64,000 nucleotides of DNA from Candidatus Marinacidobacterales bacterium (GCA_965224085.1 CBDCYI010000004.1:224001-288000), one strand, 5' to 3'. Positions 9,084 to 20,153 are shown, counted from the stretch's first letter. Notes: a model not told the origin generated them from the letters alone. Made by a program: numbers and translations.

Positions 9084-11168
9084 GTGATGCTACGAAATCT
9101 GATAGCCTTTCTGTTGCTGTCCGCGACAACCCTATCGGGCGCGCAGAAAGAGCTCTCGCAGCGCCTTTCCGACGAGCACCGAAAGTGGGTCGAGGAAGAC
9201 GTTCGATACATCATCACGGATCGGGAGCGGGAGCTCTATGTTTCGCTCGAGACTCTCGATGAGCGGGAGCGCTTCATTGCGGCCTTCTGGAGACGACGCG
9301 ATCCCAACCGGGCGACGCCCGACAACGAGTTCAAAGAGGAGCACTACGCCCGGCTCGAATATGCGAACGAGTTCCTGGGCCGGGAGAGTTTCATCCCCGG
9401 ATGGCGCACCGACCGCGGCCGCTACTACATCATCCTGGGGAAGCCGCGCGAGATCCAACGGTTCTACGGCTACGCCCACCTCAAAGAGGCGGAGCTCTGG
9501 TTCTATCAAGGTGAGGCTGGGCGCGCCACGCCCGCATTTTTCTATTTGTTGTTCTTCAAGAAAGAAGAAGTCGGCGACTATCGGCTCTACCATCCGATGA
9601 TCGACGGGCCGGCCTCGCTTCTCCGAGGGACCGAGGTCAACCCCGGCATGGACAACCTCGCCGCGGTCGAGAAGCTCGAAGAAACGAACGTCGAGCTCGC
9701 CCACGCATCGCTCTCGTTCGATACCGGCGAGCCGCCCGACTACTTCACCGGAAGGCCTGCGATCGGCATCGACGCGATGATCGCCCGCCTCGACGAATCA
9801 CCGAAGCGCGCCATCAACACGGATTATATCGACGCCTTCAACGAATATGGCCGGCGCGTCTCCGCCGACTACTCGTTCAACTTCGTGCCGAACCGCAATG
9901 TGTTCTCCGTCATGGTGGGTCCAGAGGCGACGCCTATCGTCCATTTCAGCGTGGAGCTCGACGCGACGAATTTCGGCCTCGAGACCGACGAGACAGGCTC
10001 GAGGTTCTATACAACGCTCGACGTCACCGTCGAAGTCACGGACTCCGAGGGAAAGCTGGCGCACTCCAACATACGCTCCGATTTCATCGAGCTCACGCCG
10101 GCGCAGGTGGAACGCATTCAAACGGCGCCGGTCGCCTATCAAGACGACTTCCCCCTCGTTCCGGGCGACTACACGATCGCGATATACCTCCAAAACCGGG
10201 CGTTGAAGAACTACACGGTCGCGGAGGCCGAGATTCACGTTCCTGAATTCTCGGAAGGGTTTCCCGCGCTCGCCGATATCTTGCTCTGTCACGAGGCCGC
10301 GATGGCGACGCAGGCCATCGCGCCGGACGAGGTTCGCACGTTTCAGCTTGGGGGGCTTCGCCTCGAGCCTGCCACCGATCAGCTCTTCGCCATTGGCGAT
10401 ACCATCGTCGTTTTCTCCCAGGCCTACAATGCGCTACCCGGGTCGAAAGTCAGCTTCGAGCTCGTCGCGGCGGGCCAAGACGGGGTGCACGACAACACCG
10501 AGCGCGTGATTACAGAGGCCTCTGGGAGCGGTGTGACCGCGGAGCTCTCGACGCTCGGTTTGGTCGGAGGGAGCTACGAGATTCGGGCCCGCCTCAACGG
10601 CCCGGAGGGAGCGAACCTCTCCGAGCGCAACGTCGAGATAACGCTTTCCCCGCGAACGAGCGTTCCCCGTCCCGGGTTCGTCTACCGCCGCGGGTTCAAC
10701 ACGAAGATTCCCGGCCTCGTCCCTCTCGTCCGAGGCGATCAATTGTGGAATCTAGGTCGCTACGAGGAAGCCCAAGAGAACTTCGAATCTGCCGTCGCCG
10801 CGGCGAACCCGAACCTTCCCCACGCCCGGTGGAAGCTCGCTACGGCGCTGCTTCGCGAAAACGACGCCGACCGCGCCATCGCGCTCCTCGCACCGCTCGA
10901 GGAAAGCTTCCCCATCCAGTTCGAGGTGATGGCAGGGCTAGGGCTCGGTTTTTACATCAAGGAAGAATACGTGAAGGCCGTCGGTTATCTGAAGCGCGCG
11001 AGCGCGATCCGCCCCCCCGATACGAGCTTGCTGAACGCGCTCGCCGATAGCCATCAACGTCTCGGCGATATCGAGAAAGCGAGAGGCTACTTCGAGCGGT
11101 CGCTAGCGTTGGATCCCGCACAAGACGCCGTCAAGAAGCGTTTGGCGGGACTGGAAAGCGAGGGCTAG
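9084..11168 (+). CDS. GWxTD domain protein with C-terminal TPRs
   Basis: Signal peptide, FWRRRDP, GWRTDRGR, TPR-like tail. Confidence 0.9.
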   Translation: MMLRNLIAFLLLSATTLSGAQKELSQRLSDEHRKWVEEDVRYIITDRERELYVSLETLDERERFIAAFWRRRDPNRATPDNEFKEEHYARLEYANEFLGRESFIPGWRTDRGRYYIILGKPREIQRFYGYAHLKEAELWFYQGEAGRATPAFFYLLFFKKEEVGDYRLYHPMIDGPASLLRGTEVNPGMDNLAAVEKLEETNVELAHASLSFDTGEPPDYFTGRPAIGIDAMIARLDESPKRAINTDYIDAFNEYGRRVSADYSFNFVPNRNVFSVMVGPEATPIVHFSVELDATNFGLETDETGSRFYTTLDVTVEVTDSEGKLAHSNIRSDFIELTPAQVERIQTAPVAYQDDFPLVPGDYTIAIYLQNRALKNYTVAEAEIHVPEFSEGFPALADILLCHEAAMATQAIAPDEVRTFQLGGLRLEPATDQLFAIGDTIVVFSQAYNALPGSKVSFELVAAGQDGVHDNTERVITEASGSGVTAELSTLGLVGGSYEIRARLNGPEGANLSERNVEITLSPRTSVPRPGFVYRRGFNTKIPGLVPLVRGDQLWNLGRYEEAQENFESAVAAANPNLPHARWKLATALLRENDADRAIALLAPLEESFPIQFEVMAGLGLGFYIKEEYVKAVGYLKRASAIRPPDTSLLNALADSHQRLGDIEKARGYFERSLALDPAQDAVKKRLAGLESEG

Positions 11169-11222
11169 TCCCGGCTCGTGAAGTTGTTGAAATTGGAGTA
11201 GACTTCATCGCCGTCGAATAAG

Positions 11223-11247
11223 AAAAACCCGGGACCGAAGTCCCGGG
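11223..11247 (-). terminator. Rho-independent terminator of the TonB-dependent receptor gene
   Basis: Minus strand CCCGGGAC-TTCG-GTCCCGGG-TTTTT: 8-bp stem, UUCG loop, U tract. Confidence 0.85.
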
Positions 11248-11270
11248 CTCTTCGTATCGCCTAGAAAGGT

Positions 11271-14174
11271 CTAGAACTCGAAGCGCAAACCGATGCGAAA
11301 GACCCGTGGGTCGAGCAACGCGATGACCTCCCGGAAGCGGCTTCCAGCAAAAGAGCGGAAGTTCGCCACAGGATTGGAGTTCAAGACGTTGTAGAGGTCG
11401 GCCATGACCGTGAGACCCCCCTTGTCTCCGAAATTGAACGAGTAGTCCACGCGGAGGTCCCAGATACCGACATTGTCCCCTCTGTTGTCTGAGATCTCTG
11501 TCGCGTGAATGCGCTCGGTACCGGCGTTGGGCAGGCGGGCGCTGATCCGCCGCGCCCAGTTGTAGCCGCTCTGCCACTTGTATGACGTACTGAGGCCAAT
11601 CTCCATCGGGAATACGTAGCGGCCCACGACCTTGAAGTTCGAGTAATTCGCGTCCTGGCGGCCAAAGTACTCGCGGAGGTTCGGCTCCCAGTTGTAGGAA
11701 CCGGAGGTCCGCATGGTCTGGAGCCGGCTCGTGGAGGATTGAGAGGTGTTCTTGAACTCGTCGACCTTCGTGAACATGTATGACGTCAGGAACATCCAAC
11801 GGTCGGAGTAACGCTTGTTGAACGCTACCTCGAACGTGTCGTAGTTACGGTTATAGGGCTCCAGGCCGTCGTACTTCACCGGATTCGTCCACAGGCGCTC
11901 CTCGCCGAGACCGGCGGGACGATCGAGAAGCGAGATCACTTGATCGTCTGCGGTTCCACGAATGTTGTCGTCGCCCGAGTCGGGGTACTCGAATGGGATC
12001 GTGTACTGGTCGAAGCGTTCGAGGTCCACCTCGTCCCAGCCATTACCGACACTCTTGTGAACATAATTGGCGCGGATGGAGAGGTTCGGTCGGAGCTCGT
12101 GCTCGATCGAGAACGACGCTTCCTGCCCGTACTCGTACAGAAGATCCGGGTCTACCTGCCGCCTGCCGGCGCCGTCGAGCGACCTCTGGAAGTTTCCGAG
12201 CTCGGGTGAGCAAAAGAGATTACCGCACGGTCCCGCGGTCAGCACTCCGTTACCGTCCATGTCGTTGAACGTGTACCGTAGACGTAATATGCCCACGGGG
12301 TTCGCGTCGTCAACGAAACCGGTACTCGGGTTCGAGTAGAAGCGGCCCCAGAAGGCCTTGGCTACCGTCCGGCCGTCCCCTCTGACGTCCCAGGCGAGAC
12401 CCAGCCTAGGGCTGAGCCCCTGAAGTATGTTCGTCGTCGTCGCAGGCGTCGTCACCGGTTCGAATGGGAAGCCCACGATCTCGGGGTTGATGCTCTGCTC
12501 GGGCCAGCCAAGCGTGTAGCGATCGAAGCGGAGTCCGAGGTTGAGCGTCAAGCGATTATTGAGCGTCCACGAATCCGTCGCCCAGAGCGAGAAGAGCTTC
12601 GAGTCGTTGGTTCCCCGGTTCGGCGTGTTGTAGATGTCGACGTCCTCCGAAAGGCCGTCACGGTCGCGATAGAACTGGTTGCCAGGCTGGAAGCGTGTAA
12701 CCCCTAGCCTCTCGCGATACCATTCGGTTCCAAGCTTGATGCTGTGCGTCCCTTTGGCATCATCCACGTAGTAGGAGAGCGACCCCGTGACCTGAGGTTT
12801 GTTGGTGTCCCGCAGCCGGTAAAAGGAATACGCGGCGTTCGAGTACTGCCCCGTCGCTTGATCGAAATGACCAATTTCCACACCTTCCACAGACTGAGAC
12901 TGGGTCTCTGTCGGATAGAGGGGAAATTCGTTGATCCACCCGGAATACTGGACGTCGAGAAACGCGGCCTGGCTCAAAACGCTGGTCCACTCGAGCTTCC
13001 AGGGCTTGTTTACCGAAGCTTGGTGCCACGCAGCGTTGATCGGAACCGTCGAGCCAAGGTTGCGCTCCGATTGGAGCTTGGTGCGCCGGTTCCAGAATCC
13101 GATGATTTGGTTCTTGTCGTTGATCTGGTAATTGCCCTTGATGGAGTAGTTGATAAGCTCGGTGTGTGCGGGATCAGGAAGGCCGAAGACGAACTTGTCC
13201 TGGCTGTTCTTCCGGTAGCTGAAGTACCACCACGCCTTCTCGCGAACGATAGGCCCGCCGACACCCGCGTTGAAATCGTACTGGCCCTCGGTGGGATTGC
13301 CCCGATCGACGCCGCCCGACGGTGCGGAAAAACCGTCCCTCTCGCCGCTACCGCCCGGCATGAACTCCCTCGGGACGTTGTCGGAGACCATCCCGCTGCT
13401 GATGAAGTCGTAGTAGACGTTGGCCTTGAACTGGTCGCCCCCCGAGGTGACCGTGAGATTGTGGAAAGCACCGATGCCATGTGTCTCGACCTGGTTCCCA
13501 GCGCCGCCGAGCTGGTACTCTTCGAAGCTCCCGTAGTCGAAGTAGCCGGCGTTTCCACCTGTTCCCTCGGTAACGTTGATGCCTTCGAGAAGCGTGCGGT
13601 TTTGCGACCGGAAGCCGTAGGTCGCGTAGCCGGTCTGGGTGCCTGCATGCGATCCGCCCACGTCGTAGCCATTCATTTGAAAGCCGGGAGCCTGGGCCAT
13701 CGCAGCCCAGATGTCACGCGCGTTGGGGATATCCTCGAGCAACTCCGAGGTGAAGTTTACCGCCGTAGTCGTGGTCTTGATGTCGACCACTGGTGACTCG
13801 CCTGTGATCGTCAGTGTCTCCTGTACCCCCGCAAGAGGCATCTCGGTATTGATCGTCAAAGTGACGTTCAGGTTGACACGGATTTCCTCCCGCCGAACCG
13901 TTTGAAAGCCCGACAGCTCGAAATCCATGTTGTAGACCCCCGGCGGTACGGACGGAAACCCGTAGTTCCCATTCGACCCAGTGACCGTCGTTTGAGCCTG
14001 GATCATCGCCTCACCCGAGAGGGTGACCGATACCCCAGGTAGCACACCACCCGTGTTGTCGCGAACCGTGCCCGTGACGCGCCCGCGAAGCTCCTGAGCT
14101 CCGATAGGCGTCACTAACGCAATCACCAACAGCACTACGAACAGGTATATCCACCGTCTGGACAGCTGCGTCAT
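11271..14174 (-). CDS. TonB-dependent receptor (Oar-like, N-terminal carboxypeptidase regulatory-like domain)
   Basis: GGAGGAGG RBS, signal peptide, GTVRDNTGGVLPGVSV, LNLGLRFD, C-terminal Phe (GLRFEF). Confidence 0.9.
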   Translation of the reverse strand: MTQLSRRWIYLFVVLLVIALVTPIGAQELRGRVTGTVRDNTGGVLPGVSVTLSGEAMIQAQTTVTGSNGNYGFPSVPPGVYNMDFELSGFQTVRREEIRVNLNVTLTINTEMPLAGVQETLTITGESPVVDIKTTTTAVNFTSELLEDIPNARDIWAAMAQAPGFQMNGYDVGGSHAGTQTGYATYGFRSQNRTLLEGINVTEGTGGNAGYFDYGSFEEYQLGGAGNQVETHGIGAFHNLTVTSGGDQFKANVYYDFISSGMVSDNVPREFMPGGSGERDGFSAPSGGVDRGNPTEGQYDFNAGVGGPIVREKAWWYFSYRKNSQDKFVFGLPDPAHTELINYSIKGNYQINDKNQIIGFWNRRTKLQSERNLGSTVPINAAWHQASVNKPWKLEWTSVLSQAAFLDVQYSGWINEFPLYPTETQSQSVEGVEIGHFDQATGQYSNAAYSFYRLRDTNKPQVTGSLSYYVDDAKGTHSIKLGTEWYRERLGVTRFQPGNQFYRDRDGLSEDVDIYNTPNRGTNDSKLFSLWATDSWTLNNRLTLNLGLRFDRYTLGWPEQSINPEIVGFPFEPVTTPATTTNILQGLSPRLGLAWDVRGDGRTVAKAFWGRFYSNPSTGFVDDANPVGILRLRYTFNDMDGNGVLTAGPCGNLFCSPELGNFQRSLDGAGRRQVDPDLLYEYGQEASFSIEHELRPNLSIRANYVHKSVGNGWDEVDLERFDQYTIPFEYPDSGDDNIRGTADDQVISLLDRPAGLGEERLWTNPVKYDGLEPYNRNYDTFEVAFNKRYSDRWMFLTSYMFTKVDEFKNTSQSSTSRLQTMRTSGSYNWEPNLREYFGRQDANYSNFKVVGRYVFPMEIGLSTSYKWQSGYNWARRISARLPNAGTERIHATEISDNRGDNVGIWDLRVDYSFNFGDKGGLTVMADLYNVLNSNPVANFRSFAGSRFREVIALLDPRVFRIGLRFEF

Positions 14175-14431
14175 AATACGTCCTCCTCCAATTGCGCGAG
14201 CCGCGACATGCGGTATCTCAAACAAACCACTCGCTTCAATCTTCTCTAGCAAATAGCATTCCGCCGAGACTTAGTGCAGCAGATTGAGCGCTGTCAACTA
14301 ATTAAGTGTGCCAACTCCAAAATTGATCCCTTAATAAAATTCAATTATTTGGAGCGTATCCCAAAGTATTGGATCTTGGAAGCTACCCAAGTTCACCTCG
14401 CGATGGCCCGAGTCGTGCGAAGATAGTCGTC

Positions 14432-16963
14432 ATGGCTCGAAAGAAGACAAAGCCGCCGTCTCGGCGCGCGTGGATCGTCGTCGCGCTTCTGTTAGGAACC
14501 GTGGTCGCCTACGCACCCGTCTTTTCGAACGAGCTCGTCAATTATGACGACGACTACTACATAACGGCGAACCCCAATGTGCGTCTGGGCGTGAGTTGGG
14601 AGGGCCTGCGTTGGGCCGCGACGACGCCTTACGGTGCCAACTGGTTTCCGTTGACATGGCTGACGTGGCTCGCCGAGTACGAGCTATTCGGTCTCGATCC
14701 GTTCGTGCTCCACACGACGAACTTGCTGCTGCATCTCGCAGCGACGCTCGTTCTGTTTCATGTGTTCGAGCGGATGACGGGGTCTCGATTCCGAAGCGCC
14801 ATCGTTGCGGCCGTCTTTGCCCTCCACCCGATGCACGTCGAGTCGGTCGCGTGGGCCGCCGAAAGAAAAGACGTGCTCAGCGGTCTCTTCTGGATGCTCA
14901 CGATGTGGGCCTACGTGCGCTACGTGGACAAGCCCACAGTCGGGCGCTACGCGTGGGTTCCCATTTACCTCGTTATCGGGCTCATGGCGAAACCGATGCT
15001 CGTGACGCTCCCATTCGCGCTTCTGCTGCTCGACGTCTGGCCGCTTCGGCGCGCGCCCGACACGACGTTCCGGAAGCTTATTCTGGAAAAACTGCCGCTC
15101 GTTGCCATCGTTACCCTATCCGGTGTCGTGACCTTCTACGTGCAGCAAGCAGGAGGGGCGGTGCAGGCTCTACAGACGTTCAGCTTTCGCGTGCGTGTCG
15201 CCAATAGCCTGATCGCCTACGTCGTGTACTTGAAGAAGGCCATCCTGCCGACGGATCTCTCTGTCTACTACCCGCACCCCAGCGAGAGTGTGTCGATGGG
15301 CCTGGCCATTGCATCCGGGCTCGTCCTCGCCGCCATCTCCGCGGCGGTCTTGTGGGTCGCCGCACGGGATCGTGAGCGCGATTACCTCCTCGTCGGATGG
15401 TTCTGGTATCTCGGAACGCTCGTCCCCGTCATCGGGCTCGTGCAAGTCGGCATGCAAGCGATGGCCGACCGCTACACGTACATCCCTTACATCGGGTTGA
15501 GCATCCTGGGCGCCTGGGGAGGGGGCGAGCTTATCGAGCACTTTCGCGCACGAAAGCTCGTGCGCGTAGCGTTACCGGCGGCCGTTCTCGTGGCTTTCGC
15601 TGCGAGCGCGCGCGAACGAACGAAAATCTGGAAGGACAGCGTCACGCTCTTCGAGCAAGCCCTCGCGGTGACGGAGGGCAACTCCCTCGCCCATATCAAT
15701 CTCGGCTACGCGTATGTCGAGCGAGGCCGCCTCGACCGAGCCGACGAGCATCTCACCGCGGCCGTCGACCTCGCTCCGGGTGCTGCCGAAGCTCATCGCG
15801 GACTCGGGCTTCTGCGCCGCCGCCAATTCCGCGCCGACGATGCGATCGAGCACTATCGGGCTGCGCTCCGGCTCGACGCAACGTCGAGCCAAACCCATCG
15901 TGAGCTCGGCAACCTCTTGCTCACGCTCGGCGATCTCGAGCAGGCGCGGACCCATCTTTCGGAAGCGCTCTCGCTCGATCCTCGGAATCCCGACAACCAT
16001 ACGAACCGCGGACTTCTCTATCTAGAGGACGGCGAGGTCGAGCGCGCCGTCGAGCTTTTCGAGGCAGCTACCGCGCTCGACCCGGGTCATGCCCAGGCTC
16101 ACAACAACTGGGGCGTTGCGCTCTCCTCGCTCGGTCGCGAAGACGAGGCGATCCCGCATTTCCGTCGCGCCACTGCGGTGCGGCCGGATTACCTCGAAGC
16201 GCGGCACAGCTGGGGGCTCGCCGAGATGAGACGGGGTGAGATGAAAAACGCTGTCGAGCAGCTCGAAAAAGCACTTGCGCTGGCGCCCGAGGACGGAGAT
16301 ATCCATCTCGCCCTTGGACAGGCGCTCGAGGCGCTCGGCGATAGCGCTCGTGCAAGCAGCCACTTGAACCGCGCCGCCGCGGCGCGCCGTGACGATCCCG
16401 CGGCGCTTCACGAGCTCGGTGTCCGCCTCGCGCAGAGCGGCTCGCTTGCGGAAGCCATCGACGCGCTCGAGCGGTCCCTTCAGTTGGCCCCCAATCGGGC
16501 CGAGACGCACGTGAGCCTCGCAATGGCCCTCGGCGTTTTGGGACGTTTCGACGAAGCCATCGTGGGCTATCGACAGGCGATCGAGTTACGGCCGGACTTC
16601 GCTGAGGCCTATAACAGCTGGGGGGTCGCGCTCGCGAGCCAGGGCCGGGTTTCCGAGGCGCTCCCTCTCTTCGAGAAAGCGCTTGCGCTCGCCCCCGGTT
16701 TCGCGGCGGTTCACTTGAACTGGGGGCGCGCTCTCGCCGAGCAGGGGAATATGGGCGGCGCGCTCGCGCATTTTCGAGAGGCCGTCGAGATCGATCCGGC
16801 GAGCGCTGAAGCCCACAACAATCTTGGAGTGTTCCTCGCCAGGCAAGGCGAGCTCGACGCAGCCGTCGCGAGCTTTCGCCGCGCGGTGGAGCTCAACCCG
16901 GCGGACCTGCAGGCGCGACGGAACCTCGAGGCGACGCTCGCCAAGTTGACACGAAACCGCTGA
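14432..16963 (+). CDS. Multi-pass membrane protein with many TPRs (TMTC-like GT-C glycosyltransferase)
   Basis: NYDDDYY, HPMHVESVAWAAERKD, MADRYTYIP motifs followed by a long TPR array. Confidence 0.85.
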   Translation: MARKKTKPPSRRAWIVVALLLGTVVAYAPVFSNELVNYDDDYYITANPNVRLGVSWEGLRWAATTPYGANWFPLTWLTWLAEYELFGLDPFVLHTTNLLLHLAATLVLFHVFERMTGSRFRSAIVAAVFALHPMHVESVAWAAERKDVLSGLFWMLTMWAYVRYVDKPTVGRYAWVPIYLVIGLMAKPMLVTLPFALLLLDVWPLRRAPDTTFRKLILEKLPLVAIVTLSGVVTFYVQQAGGAVQALQTFSFRVRVANSLIAYVVYLKKAILPTDLSVYYPHPSESVSMGLAIASGLVLAAISAAVLWVAARDRERDYLLVGWFWYLGTLVPVIGLVQVGMQAMADRYTYIPYIGLSILGAWGGGELIEHFRARKLVRVALPAAVLVAFAASARERTKIWKDSVTLFEQALAVTEGNSLAHINLGYAYVERGRLDRADEHLTAAVDLAPGAAEAHRGLGLLRRRQFRADDAIEHYRAALRLDATSSQTHRELGNLLLTLGDLEQARTHLSEALSLDPRNPDNHTNRGLLYLEDGEVERAVELFEAATALDPGHAQAHNNWGVALSSLGREDEAIPHFRRATAVRPDYLEARHSWGLAEMRRGEMKNAVEQLEKALALAPEDGDIHLALGQALEALGDSARASSHLNRAAAARRDDPAALHELGVRLAQSGSLAEAIDALERSLQLAPNRAETHVSLAMALGVLGRFDEAIVGYRQAIELRPDFAEAYNSWGVALASQGRVSEALPLFEKALALAPGFAAVHLNWGRALAEQGNMGGALAHFREAVEIDPASAEAHNNLGVFLARQGELDAAVASFRRAVELNPADLQARRNLEATLAKLTRNR

Positions 16964-17185
16964 TCTACGATGTCCGGATGACCGGGCTACCACGCCGCTC
17001 TGGCTCGCGTTGATTGCGGCTCTAGGAAGGCCGTACCAGCACGCCCAACAGGACGAGCGGGCCGCGAACCTCGACATCATCATCGGACAAAGGCATTTAA
17101 TACCGCCCGCTGCGCTCCCGGAGGGGTGCCGTGCGTTCTGCTCGCGCTTGCGAGCTGCGGCCCCGCGGGTGAGCCCGACCTAGCG

Positions 17186-18553
17186 CTAGATCGCGTCGCT
17201 CACACTTGCGAGGTTGAACCCGCTCAGCTTGAGGGCGGGCACGACAATCGGGGCGCCGACAGAGCTGTTCTCGCCCGCGGCCACGCGGACGGGCTCCCCC
17301 ATCATCTCGATGCCGTTGAGGAGATCCACCAGCGAATGATTGAACCGGAAGTTGTTGACCGGGCGGCTGATTTTGCCGTCCTCGATCAAGAAGGTGCCGT
17401 CGCGAGTCAAGCCGGTATAGGCGATTCGCCGGGGATCGAGGCCACGGATGTACCAAAAGCGCGTGATGAGCACGCCGCGCTCGGTAGAAGCAATCATATC
17501 CTCCACGGAATCGCTCCCACCGGACATCAGAAGGTTTGCGGGCCTGGGTCGTGGGTCGGTTTCCTGTCGTTCGGCCCAGAACCGGGAATAGGCGAGGCTC
17601 TTGAGAACACCGTCCTCGACCCATGTTTCGGGGGCTCGCCCCACGCCGTCGTTGCCGAAAGGCGCCGTCTCCGCATCCGGAGCAGCAGGGTCGCTCACGA
17701 GAGTCACGCGCGCGTCGAAGAGCCTCTCCCCTACGCGCGTCCCTCCGTCCTGATTGGAGAAGAACGACCGTCCCTCGTCGGCAGAACGCGCGTCGAACGT
17801 GTTGCGCATGCGCAGCATCAGCATTCCGACGGCCGTCGGCTCGAGAACGACGCTGTAGTCACCCGCATCCAAGCCGGTCTTGCCTCGCCAGTCTTGACAC
17901 TTGCGCGCCGCGGAGCTCGCGATGCGCTCCGTTTCGATTCGTTTCCAATCCGCGGCCTCGTCGCCAGCCCAACCCGACGTGGAGCCGTCCGGTGCACGCA
18001 CCGTGAGCGTCGACGCCACACCGGTTGCCGCGTGATAGGCGAACAACCCGTTCGATGTCGCCACCGCGCTCGAGCCCGCTCGAACGTCGATGTAGCCGGA
18101 CGCAACGTTTCCGGACGCGCGCGCGCCTCGGATTCCCTCCGCGGCCGCTTCGGCCAACGCATCTGGTGTGACGTCCCCGGTCGAGCTGTAATATCCCTCG
18201 ACCTGCGCGTAGCTCTGCTGTTCGAGCTCGCTCAAGTATTCCGGATCCTCAGGCGCGAGTCGAGCAAGGGATTCCGAGCGCTCGACCGCCGCCTCCAATG
18301 CCGCGTCGTCCAGAAGGTTGGTCGTCACGGAGGCCACGCGCTTTCCGAAGACACTCAGGATCGTCACCGAGACGTCGGCACTCCCCCCGGCCGTCGTGAT
18401 GCGGTTATCGGCGCTACGAATGAATCGGCGTCGTCCCGACGAGAGCGTCACGCGAGCATTGTCCGCCGTGGACAAGCCCAGGACCATTTCTGCCAGCGCC
18501 CGCGCATCGTCTCGCGAAAGCCCCGACCGGATGTTCGTGTTCTGCGCCTGCAT
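17186..18553 (-). CDS. TldE/PmbA family protein
   Basis: ITRFWYIR, TGLTRDGTFLIEDG, NNFRFN motifs; downstream of tldD. Confidence 0.85.
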   Translation of the reverse strand: MQAQNTNIRSGLSRDDARALAEMVLGLSTADNARVTLSSGRRRFIRSADNRITTAGGSADVSVTILSVFGKRVASVTTNLLDDAALEAAVERSESLARLAPEDPEYLSELEQQSYAQVEGYYSSTGDVTPDALAEAAAEGIRGARASGNVASGYIDVRAGSSAVATSNGLFAYHAATGVASTLTVRAPDGSTSGWAGDEAADWKRIETERIASSAARKCQDWRGKTGLDAGDYSVVLEPTAVGMLMLRMRNTFDARSADEGRSFFSNQDGGTRVGERLFDARVTLVSDPAAPDAETAPFGNDGVGRAPETWVEDGVLKSLAYSRFWAERQETDPRPRPANLLMSGGSDSVEDMIASTERGVLITRFWYIRGLDPRRIAYTGLTRDGTFLIEDGKISRPVNNFRFNHSLVDLLNGIEMMGEPVRVAAGENSSVGAPIVVPALKLSGFNLASVSDAI

Positions 18554-18563
18554 CGTTCGACCC

Positions 18564-20153
18564 CTAGGCTGTGTTGATGATCGTGGCGTCACGAAACAGA
18601 GCCGTCGGACAGCCATGCGAGACGGCATTGGCTTGGCCCGGCTGGCCCTTGGCATCGCCGAACGTCGCTCCGAGCCAATAGGTCTGCGCTCCGCCGAGAA
18701 CGGCAAGTGAGTTCCAGAAATCCGGTGTACGCATCACGTAGGCTACGTCTCGGAGCATGCGGTGCCGCTTACCGTTCTTGATCTCCCAAAACGCTTGTCC
18801 ACCGAACTGCGCGTTGTAACGCTGCTGGTCGATCGAGTACGAGCCATGGCCCTGGATCAGGATCCCCCGATCCGTTTGCGCAATGACGGCCTCCTCGTCG
18901 TAGTCCTCCTCCCCCGGCATGAGACTGACGTTGGGCATTCGCTGGAAAGGTATGCTCGACCAGTTCTGCCCGTAAGCACATCCCTGGCTCCGCGTCATCC
19001 CAGTGAGGTCCGAGATCCACGACGCTTGCTCGCGCGTGGTCTGATAGTTGACGAAAACGCCGTCTTCGATGATCGGCCACTCGAAAGCAGGCACGCCCTC
19101 GTCGTCCCAACCGCAAGTGGCGCAGCCGCCTTCCTCGGTGCGGTTCCCCATGAACGTCATGAATTCGGGGCCGAGCCGCGTCTTGTTGAGAACATCCCTC
19201 GGCGGCGCGAGAAACGAGGTGCCCGCGTAGTTCGCTTCGTAGCCCAAAACACGGTCGAGCTCGGTCGGATGCGCGATCGATTCGTGAATCGTCAACCAGA
19301 GGTTCGACGGATGGAGCACGAGATCCCACGTCCCCGACTCGACGGAGGTCGCCGACAACTTCATCGCCGCCTCTTCACCGAGCGGACCGGCGAGTCCGCG
19401 AAGATTCAGCCCGGTCACGTATTCCCATCCACGCCCCGCCGGAGCGACATCGAGCGCACGCGTCTGAAAGTCCGAGCGCTCCGACGACACTGCCGTCAGC
19501 CTGAGCGACGGGTTGATGCGCAGAAACGTTTGCTGGATGACGGAGCCCTCGGTCGTAGCAACCAGTCGTTGTTCTTTGACAGCCATGATGCTGCCTGTGA
19601 CGAACTGAACGCCGTTGACCGTCATGGCCTCCGCACTCGCGGTGAAGAGCAGGTCGGCCTTCTCTTCGAGCGGCACGTCGAACGGATCGATCTCGTGCGG
19701 TGTCGTCCATTCTGAGTTGGGATAGACATCGACCGGTGCCAGCTCCGTCTTTTGAGGAACGATGCGGTCATTGGCGGCTGCGATGGCGGTCGCTTCCCGC
19801 GCGGCACGGGCCACCGCGTCGTTCGTGAGCTCTCGCGTGCCGCTGAAACCCCACGACCCTCCGACCAATGTGCGGATGCCAATCCCGTAGGACTCGGTGA
19901 AGTTCGCTCCGGTGATTTGCTGCTCGCGCGTGCGGACCGACTCGAACCAGTGGCGAGAGACACGCACGTCCGCATAAGTCGCACCCGCCTTCGTCGCTTC
20001 GTCGAGAGCCAAGAGCGCGAGCTCACGCTCAAACGGATCGCCTACGCCGACGAGGGGATCGCTCGCGCATCCAAAACCGCTCGCTCCGAGCGCGAGCCCG
20101 AGCGCGGACTTCTTCAGGAACTGACGACGCGTTGGATGATTGGCGGCACTCAT
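18564..20153 (-). CDS. tldD: TldD family metalloprotease with Tat-like signal
   Basis: HESIAHPTELDR zinc motif, QRMPNVSL, SHGCP; N-terminal TRRQFLK. Confidence 0.85.
   Translation of the reverse strand: MSAANHPTRRQFLKKSALGLALGASGFGCASDPLVGVGDPFERELALLALDEATKAGATYADVRVSRHWFESVRTREQQITGANFTESYGIGIRTLVGGSWGFSGTRELTNDAVARAAREATAIAAANDRIVPQKTELAPVDVYPNSEWTTPHEIDPFDVPLEEKADLLFTASAEAMTVNGVQFVTGSIMAVKEQRLVATTEGSVIQQTFLRINPSLRLTAVSSERSDFQTRALDVAPAGRGWEYVTGLNLRGLAGPLGEEAAMKLSATSVESGTWDLVLHPSNLWLTIHESIAHPTELDRVLGYEANYAGTSFLAPPRDVLNKTRLGPEFMTFMGNRTEEGGCATCGWDDEGVPAFEWPIIEDGVFVNYQTTREQASWISDLTGMTRSQGCAYGQNWSSIPFQRMPNVSLMPGEEDYDEEAVIAQTDRGILIQGHGSYSIDQQRYNAQFGGQAFWEIKNGKRHRMLRDVAYVMRTPDFWNSLAVLGGAQTYWLGATFGDAKGQPGQANAVSHGCPTALFRDATIINTA

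Noticed and set aside
14285-14315. Sigma-54 promoter upstream of the TonB-dependent receptor
   Set aside because: Minus-strand TGGCAC is present but the -12 TTGC element is missing at the required spacing.
17126-18577. 483-aa plus-strand ORF and similar long antisense ORFs (36893-38302, 43472-44890, 49101-50381, 45373-46518)
   Set aside because: They are shadows of well-supported opposite-strand genes in GC-rich DNA and have no motifs.
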